Origin: Octopus sinensis | Taxonomy: Eukaryota | Length of the DNA stretch: 64,000 nt | NCBI RefSeq assembly: GCF_006345805.1 | Contig: NC_043015.1 | Location: 1,984,001 to 2,048,000 of the forward strand | Direction: 5' to 3' | Shown: piece by piece, positions 38,916 to 53,660 of the stretch | Position numbering within the stretch: the stretch's first letter is position 1 | Layout of the letters: each line of letters starts with the position of its first letter | Notes under the pieces: generated by a model | Database searches by the model: none | The model's input: the letters and a program-made list of their open reading frames with translations, nothing else | What the model was told of the DNA's origin: nothing | Position numbers and translations under genes: made by a program

Positions 38916-38945
38916 AAACAGAAAATATATATATAAAATAAATAA

Positions 38946-39059
<114 letters not shown>

Positions 39060-39117
39060 CTGTGTCTCTGTGTGTGTGTGTGTGTATAGATATATAGATT
39101 GATAGATAGATAGATAA

Positions 39118-39640
39118 GTTTCTTTATTGGCCACACAGGGCTGCACATAGATGCGACAAGTTACAAGGTAGAGCTTTTCTTTTGGGGGATGAAAAAACAA
39201 AAAACAAAAGAAACAAAAAAAAAAGAAATGGGTGGCGTAGGTTTTCGATCAAGAGGGATCGTAAAAGGGAAGAAAATAAAAAAAAAATAAATAAAAAATA
39301 AAAAAAAAATAAAAAAAGAAGAAAAGGAAAAGGAACAAAAGAAAAGAGAAATGAAAAAAGAAGAAAAAAAAGAAAAGGGAAAAGTTCTTTAAAACACCAC
39401 AAATTCGCTCTGTTCCAGCTACAATACTGATGATATCTTTAAACCAATTCCAAATGCATTTATATATACCGACGATCTCTCTTGGCATCCATGACCAAAT
39501 ACCTTTTCATGTAGCATTACTCGCGATTTTACTCATTTCATCACTGGTAAGAATACTGACCTAATCCGCCAAGTTGTTGCCAGCCAGTCGATACTTGCGT
39601 TTAGACGTAGTAAAGGGCTTTTACATTTACTCAAATATAT
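39118..39640 (-). mobile_element. probable Tx1/L1-like LINE 3' end
   Basis: Minus strand has a T-rich 3' UTR ending ccctgtgtggccaataaagaaac, architecturally like the end of 20650-21495. Confidence 0.45.
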
Positions 39641-40150
39641 AGTATGAGATTTTATGGGGTAATAGACAGGAAGAGCGGCAAAATACACGAATGCTATTTT
39701 TTACAATCTAACAGAATTACGAAATACAATTATTGAATAAAAGTCTACATATATGATATTAAAAACTTCAGCAGTGTTCAAAGAACTAAAATAACTAAAG
39801 TTGTTACAGTCGAACGTCCAAACAAGACTTAAAGACGCTAGTAATAAAATCAATTGACCATAATTCTTAAATGCAATACTATAATATTGACACTTGAAAG
39901 TAAAGGTTTAAGTAAATTGGAGTCAGTAAAACTTGAAAATGTAACGTAACGTACATACATATAATCATGTATGCACACATATTTCCACACATACACACAC
40001 ACACACATATATATGTAATTGTATGTATGTATATATACAAATACGTTCCTGCGTGTATATATCTTTGTCTATCTATCTATCTCTATATATATGTATATAA
40101 ATATGTACACATATATATGCATGTATATGCTTATATATTTGTGTGTATAT

Positions 40151-40186
<36 letters not shown>

Positions 40187-40632
40187 ATTGTATGTATGTA
40201 CGTACGCATATATGTTTATCGCTATCAATCTAAGCATTTGGGAGCATAGAAGAGATGAAGTAGAAAATGTAGAGACGTTTATAAGAATCCATCTACATTT
40301 TAAAATGCAGAGATACAACGCAGTACAAGTTTAAGTCGTTCCATGACCGAGCTAGTCTTAAGCTTTACTAGTTTTGCAAATCAATTTTCCCTATCGAAAG
40401 TAGCTAAAATATACTTGATCCATTTTCGTAGGTTTTAAAACAGAACCGGTGTCGTTACAAGTCAGAAGAGAATTATATAAAAGACAATGTAAAAGAAATA
40501 TGAAAAATAGTTTTATTAACTGAATTACCCTAAAGATGGAGCGATTAGTGTGCTCGTACTGCGAGGTTCTGCCGTATATACATATGCATAAACATACATA
40601 GATAAACAAATACATATATATATACGTACACT

Positions 40633-40664
<32 letters not shown>

Positions 40665-41174
40665 GAGAGAGATATATGTATGTATGTATATATACACATA
40701 CATAAATACATATATATATATATATGTATATATATACATACATACATATCTTTCCTCTCTCTTCTATGTTTTCGCTGTTTTCGCTCTTCAAAGAAATATT
40801 TCCCCAAGTGTTCACTATTTTCATCTCGTTCTTGTCTAATGAACCTCCATGTTTGTTTTCGTTCGGTTTCCTTGTATGTCTCCACTATCCTCTTTTGGCT
40901 CCCAACTTTGACCCTCCATGAAATCTAAATTTTATTTTAGAATTTATGGGACCAACTGTCCGTGAAGACTTATATTGTCGTTTAATGCTAGAAATGAGCA
41001 GTGGATAGACAGCCGACATCTGATGAAGGGTTGTTTCTCTATGTTTACTTGTCCTGTTTTCCATTTCTCCCACGCTGTTTATGCATTTTACGCGCTTGTC
41101 TACGTATTTTATGTTGTTTGGATGGCCTCTACAGATATATATATGCATATATATATATGCATGTATATATGCAT

Positions 41175-41397
41175 AAGTGTAAACAAGAGAGACAGAGAAA
41201 GGCAGAAACAAGGAAAATGCCACTTATATTTGAACACTATACAAATATTCCTTTAAAAAAACTTTCCTTTTAAGTTTTCTAAATTTAATTATTTAATCGT
41301 TACAGTTTAAATGGTCTCAAAATGACCGAAACCGGTACTGAAATGTTCTTTATAAAATTATTTTAGCATTTTCTATCTTGACTTGTTTTTTCATATA
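41175..41397 (+). mobile_element. family D repeat with degenerate HHR at 41303-41340
   Basis: cag tttaaat GGTC tcaaaat GACC GAAA CCGG TA ctg: stems intact, core mutated. Reverse-complement homolog of 2319-2548. Confidence 0.7.
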
Positions 41398-41399
41398 TG

Positions 41400-41431
<32 letters not shown>

Positions 41432-41434
41432 ATA

Positions 41435-41509
<75 letters not shown>

Positions 41510-41582
41510 TATTTAATTGAACGCCATGCATCCATTTCCAAGAAAGTAATTATACATATATACATATGCACACACGCATATA

Positions 41583-41992
41583 CAGAGTGCGATGTCGCCA
41601 TTTTATATATTTTTTTTATTTTCGCGCATGTGCATTGTCTCTTTTTGCATTTGTCTACTACTTTGTATAGTAGGTTCAGTTGGGCACCGTCTGTGAGAAA
41701 TACAGACCATGATGCAATTCAACCTGCCAGAAATTTTGGAAACGACTTGCAGTAATGCTTGGCTTTCGCGCAAGAAGCTTCAATACGAATATCTCAGAGT
41801 GTTTAGGTGTCAATCTTAGGATATCTACCGAGAGTGATAAAAATCAAACATCCAGTGAGCATCATTGTGTTTCGAATGATCACTGTTCAAGGCGACGTTA
41901 TGCCTCCATTCATCTTCCCATACGGCGTCACACTCAACACGTGGGCGTATATCAAGTGCTTCGAGCAGGTAGGGCTTCATTGGGTCAAGAAT
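41583..41992 (+). mobile_element. maT-like (DD37D) transposon relic with large internal deletion
   Basis: TA|cagagtgcg end. N-terminal NTNISECLGVNLR is joined directly to KIKHPVSIIVF..GDVMPPFIFPYGVTLNTWAYIKC. Confidence 0.75.
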
Positions 41993-44316
41993 GCCGTTAA
42001 ACATTTTGTTTGATGTCCTAAGGAGTGTACCAACGTGCCACTGTTATTTCGGTGCATAAAATAATGAAATCTAATCCCGTCCATGGTACAAAGCTTGATT
42101 TAGTGCACCACATTCCAGCGTTAAAGGGTTGACATACATGTAGAATATATTAATGTGGATCCAGAGAGAAAGTAACTTTTCTAAGTAAACTAACTTGATT
42201 GAGAATCAAGCTGGTCTCACATGATTTACATTAATCCTCTATACCAATCTGTGTAATGTACGCCATTAAATGTAATAGTCTTCAAAAATATTGTGTACTG
42301 TTCTTATATATCGGCATCAACAGATAAATACAGAATCTGTGTGAGAAATATGGTTTCCATACTATAAATGATTTTAGTTGAACGCTTCTAGTTCCTGACA
42401 AGTCCATTACAGATTGATACGTCCCTTATTTATGATCCCAAGTCAACTTAATTCAGCCGAGGTCTCTTTATATTTAGCACAGCCAAAACTCTATACTAGA
42501 AGCTTTAACTGATTTCTACATTCAGAAGAAACAGTAAACATTACAGATGTGAATGACGGCTACCGAAGAATTTTAAGAAAATTATTTCTAAATGCTCGGA
42601 ATTTGTTAGTGAAAAGGTCGCGGTCTCAAAGAGATGAAAATATTTTGACAACTTAAATTTAAATGTTGAAGTGAATCTAACGGATTTTGTGTTTCTTAAA
42701 TGGCTTATAAACACCTTCCACGCTGCAATTATTTTCGTTGCAGCACACGATCTCAGATCAGGTCACTTGCTATGCAAGTACATCTCCGTATTTCTAAATG
42801 TTCTCTCTATATTTTACTTGTCATCCTTTTAGAAAGAAAATACTTTTTAGGTTTTAAGCGTGGGGAGGCTGTGAAAATAATGAAGAAATTCAAGTTGTGG
42901 AACTGAACGTTAAATTGTGGTTCGCAAAATGATTGTCGTAGGATTTTTCACGGGTTATAATTACTAGTGAATACAGGAATTTGATGGCTCTGGGATTTAC
43001 TTCGATGTCTATTACACCACTCATAAAATTTATTGTTAACTAAAAAACGTTTTATTTTATGAATCTTTCAAGTTAAAACAGGTATCGTCATTAGCCTACT
43101 TAATATTTCTCAAGACTAGAGCGTAGGCTGATCCAGCTTTATGCTTCAACTACTCTTTATTGATCTTCAAATGATAAAAGTCATAGTGGACATCGGCGTT
43201 ATTTCAACACAGACTACATTGTGTACAAATATGGCTACCAGTTCAATCGGACACGCAAATCATTTAATTAATCGGTCGTCTTATATTAACTCAGGAGTTA
43301 TACCTTACGTGAATAAATATTACTCACCAAAAATATTTCATCGATACCTCAAGGTGTGCGCAAAGGTATAAATAAATATTGATGCTTTATATTTAATAAA
43401 GATGAGAAAGCAAACGTATATAGTACATATGGTAAGTATAACTATTGAAATAATGAAGATCAATTTAATGGTATCTGTTGCTGTTCGGTTTTCATTTGAG
43501 CAGGCCTTCGAGGAAAGGCATTTTAGTCGTGCACATGTAATGCACCAAGTTATGCCTCTTTTAAAATACAGAAGAATGGAATTTGTAATTTGTAACCCCA
43601 GGAGCAAACATATAACGATACACTGTTTGGTTGGGAAAGGCGATGTAAAAAGTGTACTAAACATAATAATGATATTTGCATCTGATATAAGACACAACTA
43701 AACTCGAGACACAAACAGTCTAGTTTCTCATTCAACAGTGATAATATTCATACTCGTGATTTTGCCAACGCTATATTACTTACAAAATCATCAACATAAA
43801 GACGAAACACACCTATGACGCCTCCATACAGACACAAGCTCACTTCCTACCAGAAGTTTTGTAGAGAACAAAGCAGCGCTAATGCATGCTGCAACTAGCC
43901 TAGTTAAAATGGCGGTTATCGCTGTATCTCATTAGTTTGCAGTACTAGAATGAATTGTATGCAAATGAGTTTTGAAAGATATTTCAATGAAGATGTTTGA
44001 TTTAATTAGAGTATAGCAAAATTAATAATATGATAGAGATATGAAAACAACAGCAACAACAACTTCAACAGAGACACTTCAATAACAATACAAACATCAA
44101 CAAGAACACAAGCAGTTGTAACACTATTTATTACAAGCAATGCAAATTAGCGATATAGTATGATAATGACAAATTTTATGATCAGACAGCTTTTGTTTGT
44201 TAAAATCACGCTATCTTTTTCGCCCCACCACCTAGCTCTTTCAATCTCTGAGTACTATATATATATATATATATATGTACGTATGTATGTATATATATGT
44301 ATATATGTATCTATAT

Positions 44317-44395
<79 letters not shown>

Positions 44396-44663
44396 TATAT
44401 ATATATATATTATATATATATACATATACATACATATATATACATATATGTATGTATATAAATATACATGCAGTGTGTGTGTGTCAATGTGTGCTTGTGT
44501 GTGGCTATGCGTTCGTGTGTCTGTATGTGTATTCTTTAGACACGTATCCTGGTGATTGAATAATTGCGTTTAAGTAATGATTGACGGCGTGGAACTCAAA
44601 GTGTGAAAATGCAAGTTATTACACACACGCAAACAAAAAAACGCACACACACACATGTATATA

Positions 44664-44764
<101 letters not shown>

Positions 44765-45099
44765 CACTTATGTCTGCTTTCATTTCTTCTCTTTCAAATT
44801 TAGAATTTATATTGAGCTGCTACCTGTTTGGTAGTACGACGTTCAAAGAAAGATTGTTTAAATATAAAACTGTGCCTCCCACAGTCTGCAATAATGCGGT
44901 TGATGCCTTCAATTTTGGATTTCATGTCGTTTTTCATGATTTACACATATTAATGGGATCTTTTACACTCTAATTGCATTGACGGAGCTACCAAAATGTG
45001 ATGTTATGAACTTGTCGGTACTTCATGCCGTTTTTCACAAATAATTTCTTCCGCTCATGGCTTCAGCCTTTTGTACCCAGTACATACGCACAACTATAT

Positions 45100-45515
45100 A
45101 GGCGCAGGGGTAGCTGTGTGGTAAGTAGCTTGCTAACCAACCACATGGTTCCGGGTTCAGTTCCACTGCGTGACATCTTGGGCAAGTGTCTTCTGCTATA
45201 GCCCCGGGCCGACCAATGCCTTGTGAGTGGATTTGGTAGACGGAAACTGAAAGAAGCCTGTCGCATATATGTATATATATATATGTATGTATGTGTGTGT
45301 GTGTTTGTGTGTCTGTGTTTGTCCCCCTAGCATTGCTTGGCAACCGATGCTGGTGTGTTTACGTCCCCGTCACTTAGCAGTTCGGCAAAAAAGACCGATA
45401 TAATAAGGACTGGGCTTACAAAGAATAAGTCCCGGGGTCGATTTGCTCGACTAAATGCGGTGCTCCAGCATGGCCGCAGTCAAATAACTGAAACAAATAA
45501 AAGAGTAAAAAGAGA
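45100..45515 (+). mobile_element. SINE family A, full length
   Basis: Complete head, internal microsatellite and tail. Confidence 0.9.
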
Positions 45516-46454
45516 GAACTATTTCATTGAACTTACCACTTATATTCCATTTTATTGTGATTAGTGGATTTTTCCAACGCTCCTTGGGGAGAAGTTTGCG
45601 TCAACAGTATATTTCACGTTTCTCATTATTTCGATGTTGCGTTTCTCCTACACACAATCTTGGACAACTCATTTAATATCTCAATTGACTGCTTCACACG
45701 TCATTTCAGTTTCCAAATAGCTCTTTTCTATGACATCAATACAGATTTAAGACCATCCTTGCGTGGGAAGTGTTGAGAGTTTAAAGCGCCATTGATATCG
45801 AGTTTTCTAATAGCGGTGAATATCTAACAATTCCATGTTTATGTCGTTGAGCTCCTTTATTGCCTAGTCTGAGAGGCCCAATGTGAGCTTGCGGATAGAC
45901 ACTGCAAATATGTTGTGGGCAATGTATTTGTTGTAACCTGAGCGTGCAGATGACAACATTATTAAAAGTATTTTGAAGTATCCATTGTAATCTGTATCTT
46001 ATCTCAAATACTTGTCTTATTAAAAATTCTACTTTTCAACATAAAATAGAAAATCGGTTGATTTAAGTCGTTGATATTTAGTGTCTTAAAGGAGAGAGCA
46101 CAAGATTTCCACGTCCCCAACCCCCCCAAAAAACATTCATTGTGCCACATCAATTTTCATTGCAGTGGGTTTAGAAAAACTCGGTATATTGAATCGAGTT
46201 ACATGGTGCAGTAATTGTTTCATGGCTCATTGAGCTTGTGATCGTCAACAAAGAAATATATTTTAATGGGTCTATTCTAGATAGCTATTTTGTTTAGCGA
46301 TAAGGTACGAAAAACAGTTTCATGAAATAGAAAACAGCAGTAGAGAGGAACTTCTTTAGGGTAGTGAATACTATCTTTTGGATTGTGTATAATGTCACAA
46401 CTTTTATCTTCGTGGTAGCCCCTTACACCTAGTGAGATGGATCAGCATTTTGTT

Positions 46455-46760
46455 ATTTGGTAGATGGCAGTGGGTAAGGTTTAGGGTTTTCGGCTCACTA
46501 TCACAAGTTCACGTGTTCCATTACCGGCGGTGCGCTGTATCTTTCATGTTGCCTCAATTCCCTCAAGAAGCAAAAATGAGTAGGCCTGTATTTCAAAGGG
46601 CCAACCTTTTCACATATTGTGTCGCGTTGAATCACTTTGAGAAGTACGTTACGGGTACGCATGTCAGTGGAGTGCTCAGTCACTCGTACGTGAATTTGAC
46701 AAGCAGGATTTTCTGTTGTCGCATCAACTGTAACCCTCGACATCCTAACTGACGCCCTGA
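46455..46760 (+). mobile_element. old SINE (head-2-like + tail B)
   Basis: cctgtatttcaaagggcc...gtggagtgctcagtcact...aagcagg matches the tail B core. Confidence 0.65.
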
Positions 46761-47849
46761 TGCTTCGTGAAGTTAACGCTTGGAAGTTTTAATCTTCGGG
46801 TGGTTTGGCGATGTTGAGGCATGAGGAAAGCTGCGATAGCAACGAGGGCATATTATGCCATATACGTATGTATGTCTGTATGTATGCATTATGCATGTAT
46901 GTATGCATGTATGTATGCATGTAGTATGCATGTGTTTATGTAGGTATATGACGTTTGTACCGGGACTGCTTACAATTTTTGCAAACCGATATATTTCTTT
47001 TTTATGTCACGCGCAGACATTTCACGACACTTCCTTTGCAACAAAACGCATATTTTCAGCTAGATGTGTTTGGAACGTATCGATTTACGAATCGTATCTA
47101 TTGAACGAATACTCGATTTGGACAAACTACAAATAGTTTCGTAATGTAAATATAGCGAGAGATAACAGAACCATGAAATAAATAAAATATATCTTGCAGA
47201 AATATTTTTACTGTATATTCCAGAAATATATGTTGAACGCAGTGTAATCCTACCGATCTAATACATTGTACAATAAGTAGTTAGTAATAAGAATATTTGC
47301 ATTTGGTCATTAGTCTAGATGGCAATTAGCAGGAAATTAGAAAGAAATTAGAATCTCATCAACGAAAGATATACGAAACTATCTAATTAGATATGGATCA
47401 CGCACAAATTCTGCAAACAGAAGGCGTCAAACTATATAAACCGAAATAAACGAATGCGATCTTAGTTATTACACATATGAGAAAATCTTCCATGTATTCT
47501 AAGACTTCAAAAATAGGAAAAATATATGGAAGTAATTAGTGGAATCTGGTTTGTGACAATTTGTTGATATAAAATACACCAAGATTCTCTACAATTTCAA
47601 TATCTAATCCAAACTTTCGTATACAATCTTTATGCCATATTCCATTTCGACACCGTTCAGAAAATGTAGCAAATATTTAATGATATGGAAATCTACGCAT
47701 ATATTTATATACAAAGTTCAGATGGATATGTGTTTTTGTCTCCTTGTAAGATGAATTATTTAATTACTTTAAAATGAAACCCGATGCTGTTATATCGTTT
47801 AACATCAATAGTAAGACTTACAAATTTTTACCAATAATTTGTGGAAGTG

Positions 47850-48510
47850 GATTAAGTGTATGGTTAAGTAAATTAGTGTATGCAGGATAAAATCTAGGAC
47901 AATATGGTATATATCAACATGTTTTTGCAAATGCTGTCGCCTTAACAATCAGAAACCCCAATACAGAGGGATAAAATCTTTAATATCAAACTGCATGAAT
48001 TTAACCGTACATTTATCCATTAAATTCATAACCCAGTCTATTATAGTATTGATATTATTCCATCGTTGCAGCATAGTCGATTCTCTGATTCTGATATTAA
48101 CATTCCTATTATCTTTTGGTTATTAACCCAATTTTCGTCCACGCTGGATTGAGCATTCTACAAATGGACTTATCACTAGAATTTGGTTTGTGAACTTTTA
48201 GCGCAATAAAAGCTCCGCTATTTCCTAAGCATTCCAATTTCTCATCGATTCTACTACTAAGCTTTAGTCATTAATGCCATTATACCTGTCTGTGTTAGCA
48301 TCCCTATAATTAGTGGAAATGGTTTCATTTAACAGCTTATCAAATAACTCATTAAGGACTTCGTTCAGGTTGATTGTCTTGTCAGGAAATACGAACTACT
48401 TTTTAGAGTTTCTAATATCAGATTTTAGTTTGGCTACTTCCGGAATGTCTCTATGATAACTAAATCTATTTCGGGAGGAGCTAAATCTTTTATCCCGGCT
48501 GGGTATTTAC
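47850..48510 (-). pseudogene. Penelope-like element RT fragment (N-terminal half), heavily decayed
   Basis: Manual translation gives KLKSDIRNSKK*FVFPDKTINL, FIALKVHKPN...ICRMLNPA and QRWNNINTIIDWVMNLMDKCTVKFMQFDIKDF, matching PLE DKT / LKDHK / RLINP / FDIxDF motifs. Confidence 0.75.
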
Positions 48511-49426
48511 GTTTATATAAATGGATGTACCCGTGAACCGTTGGGTCACAACCACTCCATTTTGAAAATGACAACGCGCGGCGGCAAAGGAAAGGGATAC
48601 TATTATTTTTAAACAGTGATCCTTATCGTCTTAATCAAAGCGCAGGGAAACAAACTTTGAGATTTAGTATTATATAAAAAATCTGTTTTTGTATTGCGAT
48701 AATAAAAACAAAAGATGTGTACATTTTAGAACATTTATAAACAGAAGGTCTTACAGCTGTTTCTAGGATATTTATTATATCCCTTCAACGGAGTCAGTGT
48801 GAGAAGATGGTTAAGAAATAGTTTATTTAGATAAGATATGAAATAGAGTGAGGAGGAGGAATGATAATAGTGTGAGCTATACAGTATTATATAGAAAGTA
48901 TAGATTAAACGTGGGAGATAGCGCAGTTGAAAAAAAAAAATACATCTCATCAGTCTCACGAGGTCTTCAGATTTCTCACGACGCATCATGAGATATAGGT
49001 GTTATGTATTATAAATTCATAATAGAGTTTAAATTAGAAAAATCTTTAGAGTCACTGAACTTAACTTAGACATCACGCCAAACATATGGAGATTATAAAT
49101 TTTAAGTAGAAAACAGCGTGTACGATTTAGCTAAACACGCATTGTCCCCAAGCAATCACCCCGGTTGAGCACATAGCTTTTACGTTAAAATTCAGGACAA
49201 TAAAACAGGAAAAACCACGGCATTTTCATTAACAGAAATGTAAACTAAGCACACACACACACACACACCACACACACACACACACATACACACACACGCA
49301 CGCACGCACGCACACAGACACACACAGACACATACATAGACCTATGTACAAATGTATCTTTGCCTCTGTGCCTGGATATCGATATTTGAGTGTCACAAGG
49401 AATCAATATGTATGTATGTGTGTATA

Positions 49427-49509
<83 letters not shown>

Positions 49510-49609
49510 TAGGTAGGTATGTAGAGATATAGATAGATAAGCAGACAGACAGACAGTCAGACAAAGAGACAGATAGATAATATAATAGATAGGTAGATAT
49601 ATAGATATT

Positions 49610-49890
49610 AGGGTAATGACAATGGGATTGTTCCTAGAAAGCTTCCCTCCGAGGTACATCTCTGAGCCACGTTGTTTATGGAAGACCAAGAGTTGCTCTT
49701 GCATACCAGCCTCACTGTCCACGCTACTGAGGTTCTCCAAGGGAAAGCCGAAGGCTTATACGGCTTGACACCAGTGACGTGGCAACTTATTTCCACAGTG
49801 AACGGGACCAACTTGGAGTACAGCGTCTTGCTCAAGAACACTACGCCCAACCGGGTCCGGATTTTGAACTCGTTACTGTGAGACCTAAAC
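49610..49890 (-). mobile_element. probable SINE relic of another family
   Basis: Minus-strand tRNA-like head aggtctcacagtaacgagttcaaaatcc followed by gtgttcttgagcaagac. Confidence 0.5.
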
Positions 49891-49942
49891 ACACACAGAG
49901 AAATACAAACACAAATACACAAACGCACACACACACACGCAC

Positions 49943-50022
<80 letters not shown>

Positions 50023-50054
50023 TATATACACACATATATATGTCCATATATTGA

Positions 50055-50290
50055 ATTTGGCAGAAGGAAACTGAAAAAAGCAGGTCGTATATGTGTGTCT
50101 ATGTTTGTGTGTCTGTGTTTGTCTCTCACACCATCGCTTGATAACCGATGTTGGTGTGTTTACGTACACTTAACTTAGCGGTTCGGCAAAAGAGTCCGAT
50201 AGAATAAGTCCTGGGGGGCGTTGTGTTCGACTAAACGTGGTTCTCCAGCACGGCTGCAGTCAAATGACAAAGAAATAAACGAATAAAAGA
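50055..50290 (+). mobile_element. SINE family A, 3' part
   Basis: tttggcagaaggaaactgaaa...ctccagcacggctgcagtcaaatgac matches family A. Confidence 0.8.
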
Positions 50291-50394
50291 ATATATCTAT
50301 GTCCGTTTGTGTACAAATTTATATACGTATATACATATAGATGTATGTCTATATAAATACACACACACACATACACACACACACACATATTGGT

Positions 50395-50560
50395 GACTTT
50401 TCCTCCTCCGTCTTGGACTTACCCGTTTCTTCCTGTTTCCGAACGGAATCTATACTCGAAACGTAAAACATTTACTCTTTTCTTTCTCTGAGCCTCCTAT
50501 TAATACATTGTTTGAACTACGTCCAATATGTTGTTTGTTTTTTCTTTCTTTTTCTCTTCG
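50395..50560 (+). mobile_element. PLE pLTR-like relic with degenerate HHR at about 50435-50469
   Basis: gttt ccgaacg...ctc GAAACGTA aaac, followed by ttctctgagc...taataca similar to the pLTR at 60733-60870. Confidence 0.5.
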
Positions 50561-51221
50561 CTTTTTTTTTTTACTTGACTACATTATATATACATGCACA
50601 TATACACATACATTGTATATATATTCCGCATTTGTGCGAATGTTATTTAACTTATATAATTTGACGTAATTCATCAACACTAAAACTCCATTACCGATAT
50701 CCACCTGCGACCTTTGCGTATGTGCTACTTATACTGGAATACAGTCTGAAAATTGATAAATCATATCACCTGTTCTGCGTAAGATAATTGTGTAGCTGTG
50801 CAACAACGTTTTCGATAGCGATGGAATTCTAGGAACTTATGCTTATGTGCGTTTATGAATATCGTTGCCTCTGTATGTTTAGACGCCTCCATGCTTAAAT
50901 CAATTTTATTTGCATGGCCGTCAAGCGTCAATTTGATATTAAATGTTACACTTCTGAAATGTTCATATGTATGTATATTATTATTCAGTTTATTTCAAGA
51001 TTTCTTGCCAAAAGAAGAACCGGTTTCTAACCTACATCCAAGGCGCCTTCATTGGAAAATCAACATCAACTTCAGGGTATTTTTGTATGTACGTATGTAT
51101 GTATGCATGTGTGTATGTATGAATGTATGTATGTATGTGCAGATTTGTATGTCTTATGTATGTATTCTCAAGCATATAGTTAGATATCTACACATGCTCA
51201 TATATATTTAAATGATACACT

Positions 51222-51895
51222 TCTAGAAAGTCTTACAGAATTTTACAATTCCAGTGATGGCTTGGATCTGTAGTCTTCGAATTAGCTTCCTCCTTTCTGT
51301 ATTTGAGAAGACTATATTCTCAAGGATTGTATTTAGGCATTGTATTATATACCCCAGGTTCCCAATAATTACAGGTATAAACCTCAACTTGTAATCTGGA
51401 TAGAGTAACTTCAGATTTTTCAATAGTTCAAAATAGGTGTTGTCTTTTTCATTGATCTTCAACTTTATGTTAACATTCGCTAGACAGCCAATTTCCTCAA
51501 CTCCACAGTTTCTCTTCCCTATCCCAAATCATTATATCAGGTTCAGACTTGTTGTGCTTACATTTTATTGGGGACTTCATTGGTACATTCTGCCAGTACT
51601 CCTTTTTATTATGAGTGGCTATGGATTCTACCATATTGTGCGTTCTTATTTCTTTATCTTCGGAATTATCCTTCTGAGGGATTTCATTATAGAATGGCCT
51701 AGCTACAACATCATGTCCCATCGATAGATAATACCGTAATGGCATTTTCTGACAAATGCTTATGATATGGGTGATATCTTCAGCGTGAACTCCACAAAGT
51801 CTGCATCGGTTATCATATTTTAGGGATTTTCCCGCATCTCTATCCCTTCTGGGCATCAGGTACTTGGTTGATATTTACTGTTCCTGAATAGAAAA
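51222..51895 (-). mobile_element. R4/Dong/NeSL-like RLE non-LTR retrotransposon, 3' fragment
   Basis: CCHC knuckle CRLCGVHAEDITHIISIC, HDVVA, EPDIMIWD and KDNTYFELLKNLKLLYPDYKLRFIPVIIGNLG (restriction-like endonuclease). Confidence 0.85.
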
Positions 51896-52584
51896 CGCAT
51901 ACCATTCAAAGTGGGAGGTAGTAATCCGACTATTGGTCCCTGATAAACTACTTTGATGATCGATGTTACTATGATCACGTAGCTTTCTACTAACGTATCC
52001 ATGCATATACGTATGTGTGTGTATATGTGTGTGTGCGCGTGTCAGTGTGTATATGAGTGTGTGTTTGGGTGTCTGTATGTCTTTCTGCCAGTCTCTGTGT
52101 TTATGCTCGCATGCATGTGTACACAAACGCGCGTGCATGCGCACACTCGCTTCTTTCTGAGCCTGGGGCAAAAGACAGCACCCCCTGAATCTCGCAATCC
52201 AATAATGTCTAATGAGGCTGGCTCATTTAAACAAATAAATGTCTGCAAGAAAGAAATAAGCAGAACGGAAGATGTTATAAAGCCGATATTCATAAGAAGA
52301 ATCAGAGCCGAATATTTAGTACAGTGAAAAGGGATTGTTGCATTATAGCATCGTGATGAATGATGAGTTTTGTGGAGATCTGAGCCTGACGGAGAGATAG
52401 GTATTGCAGTGATATGGCTCTGCTAGAGAGATGGCTCTTTTCAGGGCATGGCCTTAGTAGAGAGATGTCTGTTGAACAGAGCTAGGTGAACAAATGTGCC
52501 CATTGGAGAGAAGTGTTGTGAGGAGACGAATCATGTGGAGAGATAAGTCTGGTGGAGAAATGAGTTTGATGGAGTGATTATTTT

Positions 52585-52673
52585 TGTGAAAAGACGAGCT
52601 TGGTGGAGGGATGCAACTTGTACAGAGGATGTGAAAAGACGAGCTTGGTGGAGAGATGCAACTTGTACAGAGG
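52585..52673. repeat. 45-bp tandem duplication within a GA-rich tract
   Basis: tgtgaaaagacgagcttggtggag.gatgcaacttgtacagagg occurs twice. Confidence 0.9.
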
Positions 52674-53128
52674 GGTGTCTGCTGGAGGAAGGAGTCTGGT
52701 GAAGAACCTCAAAGAATGAATATAAGAAAAAATCTAGCTCCGAGGAGTAAATATCATTATAGTAGTGATAGAAAAGATAATGAGAGGACACAGCACAACC
52801 TTGGCCATGAGGCGAACGTATGTGCGCTACAGCTGGAGTGAAAAATCAGGGTGAGTAATTATTTGATAAATTGATCCGTGACGTCATTGGTTGTCAGGAA
52901 ATAGAACACTGGGCAACAAAATAGTTCATAAGAGTGGGGCACAAGAGCAACCCATGCCTCACTGGAACTTCCAGATTATGGGAGATTACGCGTACATGTA
53001 AATGTTTGTCTGCGTGTGTGTGTCTCTCTCTCTTTCCTTTTGTATTTATACATAATATATATAGACGCACACAGACATGTACATACATGATACTATGTAT
53101 ATGTATCTAAATATTTAGCATTTGGGTA

Positions 53129-53204
<76 letters not shown>

Positions 53205-53404
53205 GAGTGCGTATGTGTGTGTTTGTTTTCCAGAATTTATAAGCTGATTCACTGTGGCCTACAAAATTATGATTTTGATTGATATACTGCTTGTTATTTC
53301 CCCGCTACATAAAAACGAAACTCATAAGCACAAATATACACACATGCAAGCATAACAAAAACATCCATATATATATATACACATATGGATCGCTCGCTCA
53401 GTCG

Positions 53405-53660
<256 letters not shown>

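Noticed and set aside
43338-43701. Overlapping 119-aa (-) and 99-aa (+) ORFs, the former GPCR-like in hydrophobicity
   Set aside because: Bounded by stops, starts at TTG, has no receptor motif or convincing splice sites, and is explained by T-rich composition.
44770-45060. Protein-like short frames (e.g. minus MKNDMKSKIEGINRIIADCGRH)
   Set aside because: Short, with no recognisable domain and no consistent splice signals.
50990-51060. Minus-strand GAAACCGGUU with upstream UGAAGG and downstream AATAAA, and the plus-strand exon-like DFLPKEEP segment
   Set aside because: The core is too degenerate to call an HHR. It is probably a pLTR-like repeat relic, which also makes an exon call unlikely.
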